In this document: positions 56,873-64,000 of the stretch, one piece after another
How the letters are laid out: every line of letters starts with the position of its first letter
Numbering within the stretch: position 1 is the stretch's first letter
From: an uncultured virus (IMG/VR IMGVR_UViG_3300034375_008609)
Taxonomy: Duplodnaviria; Heunggongvirae; Uroviricota; Caudoviricetes
Virus record (IMG/VR): IMGVR_UViG_3300034375_008609
DNA: 64,000 nucleotides
Reading direction: 5' to 3' (one strand)
The notes under the pieces: generated by a model
What the model was told of the DNA's origin: nothing
What the model saw: the letters and a program-made list of their open reading frames with translations, nothing else
Database searches by the model: none
Made by a program: the position numbers and the translations under genes

Positions 56873-59800
56873 TTAAAAGCTACCACCGTCAATTGTGTCA
56901 GTCCAAACTGGAGTTGCATCACTACCACTTGTTACAGTAAGAATTTGGAAACTGTTACTTGCGTCACTTGTTCCTGCTGCTGGAGTAACTTGAATTGGAT
57001 TTTGTGCATTACCATACAAAATACCGTCTGTAGTAAATGTGCTTGCACCCGTGCCTCCGTATTGCACTTCAAGGTCGGTTACAAGTGTCAGTGTGCCTGC
57101 ATCAAGATTTGTAACAATAATTCTATTGTTAACAGCATCAAGCATTTCTGTGCTATCGTCTGCAAAAATACTACCTCTAAATCCTGCTGCGTCAAGTATA
57201 CCAGTTACAAACAAGTCTTGATCGATTTGAACATTAGTTGTAAACGTGCTTGTTGTTTCACTTAGTCTAAGTTTTTCAACACTTGCACCTGCAATTCTTG
57301 TTGTAAACACCATGTCAAAATCTTCGTCACCAGTGGTAACATCAGTGCTTATAACATCTATTCTACCAGCAGTAACATAGTTGTTATTTGTAATTTCTTG
57401 TTCAAATGGTAGTCCTATGCCTGCGCCAACTGCTGCACCGCCTGTTTGGTTATGGTGAGCAAGTATAATTGGATCAACTATGTTATCCGCAGCACTATCT
57501 GATTCGTTGCTAATAATTTTAAAGCTATCAGTTGTTCTAATAGTGTTAGCTGGAATAAAGATTTCATCTGTGGCTTTTTCAGTAAGTTGTAATACATCAT
57601 TTTCGTTACCACTGATATAACCTCTAACATGTAAGTTTCTTGCTATTCCTACACCGCCTGCTACTGTCACTGCACCAACATTGTATGCTGTGCTTTCAGT
57701 GGTGTTATCAAATTCTGTTAGAATTGAATCTTTAATACTTAATGTTGTTGGATCAAGTGTAATTCTCTCAACACCGTTTGTAAAGAATTCAAGTGTATCT
57801 TCGTCTGCGCCGGGTGAAGTTTCTGGACGAATAAATGTATCTTGATCTACATCTTTAACACCGCCTAATGTTCCCCAGTTAGCACCGTCATAACCTTCAA
57901 ATGTCTCGTCTGTGGTATTGAAACGTATTTGTCCAATTGCTGCTGTTGAGTCGGCTCCACGTTGTGCTGTTGTTCCTACTGGAATCTGTAGTGTGCCAAC
58001 ACTGTTGAATATTACAATTTCACTGTTTACTTGGAATACACTGTCTGTTGACACAGCACCCATTGTAATAGTAGTTGCATCTCCAAATGCATTTACAGTT
58101 TGAACATTTGCATTCAGCAAGTTAAACGTATCAATTCGGTTTGTTGTAATATCACCACCGTCAACATTTAGATCTAAATCAATATCAACATTGTGTTTGA
58201 TATTTGTAGTTCCGATACCAACTGCACCAATTGTTAAGTTTGTAGTGCCGCCGGCAAAGTTTAATATGTTAGCATTGTCATTTAACAAATTAAACGTAGT
58301 GCTTGTAGTTGTAATATCGCCGCCGTCTACTGCAAGATCAGCATCAATTTCTACATTGCCTAATACAGTTCCACCTGTGAGTTTGTTGAGATATCTATTT
58401 TCAACATAGTTTACAACTGCAACTTGTGTTGGAACAGTGTTAATGTCGCTTGCACCTGTGCTTGCTCTCAAATCTGAACTGTTGCTAACTTCTTTAAGTT
58501 CAACACCAACTGGAATACCAAAACGTTTAAATGGTCCAATACTTGCAATACCACTTAAACTAATTTCCTCTGCATTAAGTGTAATAGCACCAGTAAGTGC
58601 GTTTACGTTAAAGAAGTTACCAACTCTAAAGTTACCAATTTGGTCAACTGTTCCGCCTGCAAATACTTTACCGTTGTCTGTTTCTGTAATTTCGTTTTCT
58701 GCTATAGCACTACCGCCAAAGAACGGAAGTGCGTTATAAGTAACGCCAGCACCTACATATTCAAAAGCATGTCCTGATGTTGAAACAGTTGAAACGTTTT
58801 GCATACTACCAAGTGTGTTTTCTGCAACATATGTGATTTGTGGAAATACATCAAGTTCTGCTACACCACCATATGTTAAGTTTAATAACCTTATTGCTTC
58901 ATCTTCAATTGCTTGTGCGTCTGCTAATACTAATTCACGCTTTGCGTTTGCACTAGTTTCTGCATTTGCTGCATAATCATGGTCAATTTCATTTGGTAAA
59001 ACTGGATATATGCCTTGAGATATAACTTCGGCTATCTTAGTAACATTGTTTTCAATTGACAGTGTTGCACTTGATGTTCCACCTGTTGGATTATAGGTTT
59101 GTGTCAAACTATTGTCGTCACTTGCTACAACTTTTTGGTTTTGGCCAATCTTGCTCATTATGCTTGCAAGATGTTTGTAAGCAAATTCTGTAACTCCTTC
59201 TTGGTCAGCGTTACTACCTGCTGTAGTAATACCTGCAAGAATTGTTCCTGTATAGTATGCTTCTCCTGCTCTGCGAGTTTGTTTGTTACCACCATACATC
59301 ATATCGTAAAGTGCAGCATCAATTATGTATTTTGTATCTCTTTCACACTTTGCAACATTGTAGCTAAATCCAATAATGTTATCTCTAATAAAGTCAATCA
59401 CGCCTTGTTGTATTGTTGTATTTGCAGTTGAAAGTGCATCAAGTGCAATATTTGTTGACACTGTTACCCAACTTGTGTCAGGTTCTTGATCGTTTGGTGT
59501 GCTCAACAAGTTGCCTGCTGTAATAGCATCGATTGTAATGTTGAACAAGTTGTTAGAAGTTGTAGCTTCAGCACTTGTTCCATATGGTCCAACCAAAGAC
59601 TGTGTTTCAGTGTTTCCTGCAGTTGGTGTTACTGTTATACCTTGAATTACTTGAGCAGCAACAGTTTTAACTCTTGTAATAGCATCAGCTGTTTCGTTTT
59701 CTTGTCCGTATACTTGACTATCTCCGTTAAGGAAATAGCTTCTTGCAGTTGCCAACGAACTTACATTTCCTGTATACAATAGATCGTGTGTTGTTGATTC

Positions 59801-62800
59801 AACAAGATATCCAATATCTCTGCGACATTTAGCTTGATCATAACTAAATCCATTTTGATTTGTATTGATATAATCAATTACACCTTGGACTAAATCAGCA
59901 CTAGAGCTGTCGCCAGTTGATTGTATTAAATCTCTGCTTGCAATTCTTGTGGAAGACGCACCTGTTTCGTCAACAGCAGTTTCAGTTGGCAATATTTCAA
60001 GTGTGTTTGCCCTAACTACATCCTCTACAATAGTAGAAAGCACGTTGACTTGTGTAGCTTCGGTAGCACTTGCATTACCAGCACTTGTATTTTGTCCTGG
60101 ATAAGTTCCAACAACAATCTGTTGTAAAATTACCCCTAGCTGATTAAGTGCGTCTGCTGTGCCATCTCTTTGATCATATGGTAACACACTTGCACTGCCT
60201 TCAAAGTAAGATCTTGCATTTTGAATACTTGCAAGGTTAGTGTTATACATAATATCATGACTTACTGCATCAACAATATATCCTGTGTCTCTTTCACATT
60301 TTGTTTGATCGTAAGTTAAATTTGGAAGATTTGTAGTAATCCAACTTATTAATTCACTTATAATAAATGTTCTATTATTTTGTAGTTGCAGTTGTGCATT
60401 ATTTCTGTTTGCATTTCCAGAAGGATTAGGAAAACTCAATGCGTCTGCATTGCCTGTGCCGTTTTGTATAATGTCAATTATTTCATCAAATAATGCATTA
60501 CAAATTGCAACACTTGCACTATCTGATGCAATTAAATTAGCAACTTCGCCTTTTAAATGTGTAATTGCTGCAATTGTTTGTGTTATTTGATCGCTAATAA
60601 CATATGCGCTCACTGCTCTGTAGTAAGACAATCCTGCTGTGATACTGTTATAATTTGACCCTGTAATTAAATCATTGCAAACTGCATCTAGAATTAATTG
60701 TGTATCTCTAGCACACTTTGCACTGTCGTATACAAAGTATTGATTGTTAATGTATGCAATTGCTTCTTCTTGCAAGAATGCTTTGTTTTCTTGTAGCTGT
60801 CTAGCTGCATCAATAAGTTCTTGACTTGCTGGCACTGGTGCTGGATATGTTTGTCCTTCACTTGGCAGTGTTTGGTATTCGAGTAGTGTTAATACAGTAT
60901 CAAAACCGTCTGTTACTCTAGTTGTAGCAGTTGTGTCAGTAGTTGTATATGTGAGTGCTAAACGTTTTGCTTCTCTAATTGCAAGTATAGTTGCAGGCAA
61001 TTGGTCATCTTTCACTGTAGATGCATTTGCTCTAATGTATGCTTGTCCTGCTACAATAGCATTATGGTTTGTGTTTAATCTTGCATCTCTTACTACCGCA
61101 TCAATAATTAAACCTGTGTCACGTTTACATTTTTCTCTATCGTATGTAAAGTTTGGATAATTTGCAAGGATCCAAGTTGTTGATGCAGCGGCAAAGTTAT
61201 CTTGTTGACCAAATATAGAACCAAATGCTGTTTGCAAGCTGGCGTCTGCCCAGTCAGTGACTGCTCTATTTGTAGCAGGTAAACTGTCAAGATTACCCGC
61301 AGTCAAAACATCGATAATGATTTGTATTAAACTAGTTGCGCTGCCTACTTCTGTTGCACTTGCAGGGTCACCTGCTGTGTTTTGTATTTCGTTGTTTCCA
61401 GGACTTTTTGTTAATGCTGATTCTAAAAGAACGCCTGTTACAACACCTTGCAAATGTGTATATGCTTGTATTGTAGCAGTTGTTTCATCTGTGCTTCCTA
61501 ATTGGCTTGAAGTTCCTACAAAATAACTGGTTGCAGTTTGTCTTGTAGCACTATTGCCTTCATATAAAATGTCGTATATTAAAGCATCAACAATGTATCC
61601 AACGTCTCTTTCACATTTGTCAGCATCATATGTTAATGTTGGATTTTGTTGATTTACATAAGCTCTTACTTCTTTTTTAATAAAAGTTCTGTTTGCAATA
61701 AGCTGATTTCTTGCGTTTATTCTGTTTGTAATTACACCAGTTGGTAATGGATATGTAATTGCATCAGCATTAGTGATATTACCAATTGTAATTTCTTTAA
61801 TTACAGTATCTTGAATAGTTGTTTTTGCATTTTTCCAACTATTAACATCAGTTTGAATACCTGCTGCTGCCCATGTGTATGTTGGTTCAACAAGTGCTGG
61901 CATGCCGCTAACACTATTTGCTGTAATTACATCAGCAATAATTTTTACTAAACCTTCTGCATCATCTACTTCATCTGAACTTCCTAAATTTCCTGTAGTA
62001 GTTTGTCCAGGATAGTTTTCAATAACAATTTGACTTACAATATTACTTGCTAAGTTGTTATATGCAGCCGCAGTAATTGCTCTTTGACTTTCTGGTAGCT
62101 GGCTTGTTGTGCCTTCAAAATATGCATCTGCTGCTCTGCGGGTTGCAAAGTTGCCTCCGTATTGAATGTCAAAACTTATTGCATCTACAATGTATTTTGT
62201 ATCTCTTGTGCATTTTAATGTATCATAAACAAAAGTAGGATAATTAGCTGAAATCCACGCATTTACTTCGCTTGCAATAAAATCTCTGTTTGCTTGTAAT
62301 AGAATTCTTGAATTTGTTGCGCTACCGTTTGTTCCTGGATCTGTCCAAGTAATAGTGTCTGCTGAAACATCTGTGCTGACTTGACCATTCTCTAAAATAT
62401 CTAAAATTTCATCAAACGCTGCATCTGATCTTGCTTCAGCAGTCGCATTTGACATGTAAGTGCCAGTTGCAAGTGTTTTCATATATTGATAAGATGCTTT
62501 TGTCTGTTCAAACTGAGCACTCAAAACGTATGCACTATTTGCACGTTGATATGATAATCCTGTAGTAACAGCATTGTAATTTGTTCCAAGTGCTACATCA
62601 AATGCAACACTATCAACAATATAACCAACATCTCTTCTACAAGTAGCAGAGTTATAAGCTCTACCTGTAATAATGTCAATAACTTCGTCCCATGCTGCTG
62701 TGACTCGTGTTGTTGCTGTTGAATCAGCAGATACATCAGATAATGCTAATGTTAATCCTTTAAGGTAGTTGTAAGCAGCTACCGTTACAGTAGTTTGAGA

Positions 62801-64000
62801 TCCTGTAGTTGAAGAAGTAGTGTTATAAACATCAGCACTTGCTCTTGCATATGCAAGTCCTGCTGTAACACTATTATAGTTTGTTCCGAGAACAGTGTCG
62901 TATGCAACTGCTTCGGTTATAAGTCTTACATCTCTTTCGCATTTTTCTTGATCGTATGACAAGTTTGTAAATTGTTCTGCAATGTATTTTATTGTTTCTT
63001 CTACAATAAAATCTTTGTTTGCAATAATAGCATCTTTTGCAGCAACAGCACCTGGGCTACTTGCATTTGTATCATCGTATACAATATCAGGTGCAGCACT
63101 ACTGTCTTCGTTTGCAATAAAGTTTGTAATGATTGCAGTTTTTTCAATTACATCGTATCTATACTGTTCATTTGCAGGATCACTGTCAGGAATACGTGCA
63201 AGTATTTCGTCTCTAGTTGCTTCAATTCCGTATATAGTAGGCGCCAACTGTTGGTTAAGAACTTTTGCACTATTTGCTCTAAGATAGCTTCTACCTGCTG
63301 CGATACTTTGATAATTAGTTCCTAGTGCAACATCACCCATAATTGCATCAATTATTCTTGCAACATCTCTTCTACAAACAGTTTCGTCATATATAAACGG
63401 CTGTTGTGTGATATTGTTGCCAGTTACATAATATACTGTTGAGTCGCCTTCAAACTTTATAATACTACCGGTTTGTGGAATATCACGCAAACTGTTCACT
63501 TCTATAGTTTGGTTTTTAATAAGGTTAGCTGTTGCAGTTGCTAGTGAACTAAATCCGCCACCCACGAGTGTGATAGTTGGCACACTTCTATATCCGCTAC
63601 CAGGATCGTCAACTGTAATACTTGTTACTTCTCCTCGCAACAAATCAACACTTGCTGTGCCTTGTGCAGTAGTTCCTCCTGGTTCTTCGGGTGGATCAAA
63701 TACTACTGTAGGTGTTCCTGTGTATCCAGCACCTGTGCTGTTTACAGTTACACTACCTACATTTGATGTATATGTTTGTGATGGTCTTGCAGTTGTATAT
63801 ACTTTGTCAAACAATCCATCAGCAATAATACCATATGTGCCAAAGTCGCTAACTGAGTTTGAAATTGATAAGTAGCCACCTTTTGTAGCCATAAATCCAA
63901 TACGGGTGAAAACTGTAAAGCAGCTAACAATCTGTGTATAGCCAAAGTTTGTAATATGGAAACCAATACCACCTTGAGCAATTTGCGTAAAGGCATCAGC
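56873..64000 (-). CDS. Giant virion structural protein (>2376 aa; start lies beyond window end)
   Basis: The frame stays open to base 64000 (ADAFTQIAQGGIGFHITNFGYTQIVSCF..., paralogous to the 3567-aa protein). Ten KCxRD helical repeats, fibre-type modules, ends IDGGSF. Confidence 0.85.
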   Translation of the reverse strand, partial: ADAFTQIAQGGIGFHITNFGYTQIVSCFTVFTRIGFMATKGGYLSISNSVSDFGTYGIIADGLFDKVYTTARPSQTYTSNVGSVTVNSTGAGYTGTPTVVFDPPEEPGGTTAQGTASVDLLRGEVTSITVDDPGSGYRSVPTITLVGGGFSSLATATANLIKNQTIEVNSLRDIPQTGSIIKFEGDSTVYYVTGNNITQQPFIYDETVCRRDVARIIDAIMGDVALGTNYQSIAAGRSYLRANSAKVLNQQLAPTIYGIEATRDEILARIPDSDPANEQYRYDVIEKTAIITNFIANEDSSAAPDIVYDDTNASSPGAVAAKDAIIANKDFIVEETIKYIAEQFTNLSYDQEKCERDVRLITEAVAYDTVLGTNYNSVTAGLAYARASADVYNTTSSTTGSQTTVTVAAYNYLKGLTLALSDVSADSTATTRVTAAWDEVIDIITGRAYNSATCRRDVGYIVDSVAFDVALGTNYNAVTTGLSYQRANSAYVLSAQFEQTKASYQYMKTLATGTYMSNATAEARSDAAFDEILDILENGQVSTDVSADTITWTDPGTNGSATNSRILLQANRDFIASEVNAWISANYPTFVYDTLKCTRDTKYIVDAISFDIQYGGNFATRRAADAYFEGTTSQLPESQRAITAAAYNNLASNIVSQIVIENYPGQTTTGNLGSSDEVDDAEGLVKIIADVITANSVSGMPALVEPTYTWAAAGIQTDVNSWKNAKTTIQDTVIKEITIGNITNADAITYPLPTGVITNRINARNQLIANRTFIKKEVRAYVNQQNPTLTYDADKCERDVGYIVDALIYDILYEGNSATRQTATSYFVGTSSQLGSTDETTATIQAYTHLQGVVTGVLLESALTKSPGNNEIQNTAGDPASATEVGSATSLIQIIIDVLTAGNLDSLPATNRAVTDWADASLQTAFGSIFGQQDNFAAASTTWILANYPNFTYDREKCKRDTGLIIDAVVRDARLNTNHNAIVAGQAYIRANASTVKDDQLPATILAIREAKRLALTYTTTDTTATTRVTDGFDTVLTLLEYQTLPSEGQTYPAPVPASQELIDAARQLQENKAFLQEEAIAYINNQYFVYDSAKCARDTQLILDAVCNDLITGSNYNSITAGLSYYRAVSAYVISDQITQTIAAITHLKGEVANLIASDSASVAICNALFDEIIDIIQNGTGNADALSFPNPSGNANRNNAQLQLQNNRTFIISELISWITTNLPNLTYDQTKCERDTGYIVDAVSHDIMYNTNLASIQNARSYFEGSASVLPYDQRDGTADALNQLGVILQQIVVGTYPGQNTSAGNASATEATQVNVLSTIVEDVVRANTLEILPTETAVDETGASSTRIASRDLIQSTGDSSSADLVQGVIDYINTNQNGFSYDQAKCRRDIGYLVESTTHDLLYTGNVSSLATARSYFLNGDSQVYGQENETADAITRVKTVAAQVIQGITVTPTAGNTETQSLVGPYGTSAEATTSNNLFNITIDAITAGNLLSTPNDQEPDTSWVTVSTNIALDALSTANTTIQQGVIDFIRDNIIGFSYNVAKCERDTKYIIDAALYDMMYGGNKQTRRAGEAYYTGTILAGITTAGSNADQEGVTEFAYKHLASIMSKIGQNQKVVASDDNSLTQTYNPTGGTSSATLSIENNVTKIAEVISQGIYPVLPNEIDHDYAANAETSANAKRELVLADAQAIEDEAIRLLNLTYGGVAELDVFPQITYVAENTLGSMQNVSTVSTSGHAFEYVGAGVTYNALPFFGGSAIAENEITETDNGKVFAGGTVDQIGNFRVGNFFNVNALTGAITLNAEEISLSGIASIGPFKRFGIPVGVELKEVSNSSDLRASTGASDINTVPTQVAVVNYVENRYLNKLTGGTVLGNVEIDADLAVDGGDITTTSTTFNLLNDNANILNFAGGTTNLTIGAVGIGTTNIKHNVDIDLDLNVDGGDITTNRIDTFNLLNANVQTVNAFGDATTITMGAVSTDSVFQVNSEIVIFNSVGTLQIPVGTTAQRGADSTAAIGQIRFNTTDETFEGYDGANWGTLGGVKDVDQDTFIRPETSPGADEDTLEFFTNGVERITLDPTTLSIKDSILTEFDNTTESTAYNVGAVTVAGGVGIARNLHVRGYISGNENDVLQLTEKATDEIFIPANTIRTTDSFKIISNESDSAADNIVDPIILAHHNQTGGAAVGAGIGLPFEQEITNNNYVTAGRIDVISTDVTTGDEDFDMVFTTRIAGASVEKLRLSETTSTFTTNVQIDQDLFVTGILDAAGFRGSIFADDSTEMLDAVNNRIIVTNLDAGTLTLVTDLEVQYGGTGASTFTTDGILYGNAQNPIQVTPAAGTSDASNSFQILTVTSGSDATPVWTDTIDGGSF

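Noticed and set aside
33021..63875. Many 60-225-aa plus-strand ORFs opposite the sheath and giant fibre genes
   Set aside because: Antisense shadows of codon-biased long genes; no SD, promoter or recognisable motifs.
1..64000. Stop-codon reassignment, as seen in some large phages
   Set aside because: Genes are intact and tightly packed under code 11, and TAA, TGA and TAG all serve as true stops.
63892..64000. ORF-track start (MATKGG) as the true start of the last gene
   Set aside because: The frame is open to the window edge and the upstream residues align with an internal region of the paralog.
1..64000. tRNA, rRNA, introns or homing endonucleases
   Set aside because: Intergenic gaps are short and explained by promoters and terminators; no cloverleaf or HNH/GIY-YIG/LAGLIDADG motifs noticed by eye (not computationally excluded).

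Overview
A 64-kb, AT-rich, densely coding segment of a large T4-like (myovirus, probably jumbo-class) bacteriophage genome, mostly encoded on the minus strand. In window order it holds: a carbamoyltransferase and small genes; DNA primase; a 186-aa 'mini' family-C (DnaE-like) polymerase; a nucleotidyltransferase/APS-kinase pair; and a ~14-kb sugar-modification region (kdsA, kdsB, UDP-sugar dehydrogenase, epimerase, several glycosyltransferases including three KpsC/KpsS-like domains, methyltransferases) wrapped around uvsW. Next come uvsY/uvsX/gp32, terminase, head-completion, tail tube/sheath and neck genes, a 1496-aa tandem-repeat glycosyltransferase-like protein, and two giant virion/fibre proteins (3567 aa and >2376 aa). 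The most striking observation is 13 helical repeats in the two giant proteins with an invariant Cys in a K-C-x-R-D motif. These closely resemble the bilin-attachment region of phycobiliproteins. Also notable are a candidate phage-encoded CMP-Kdo glycosylation pathway and a pervasive promoter-abutting-ATG (leaderless) architecture. I saw no tRNA, rRNA, CRISPR array, intron or transposon. All protein calls come from motif recognition by eye, not database searches.
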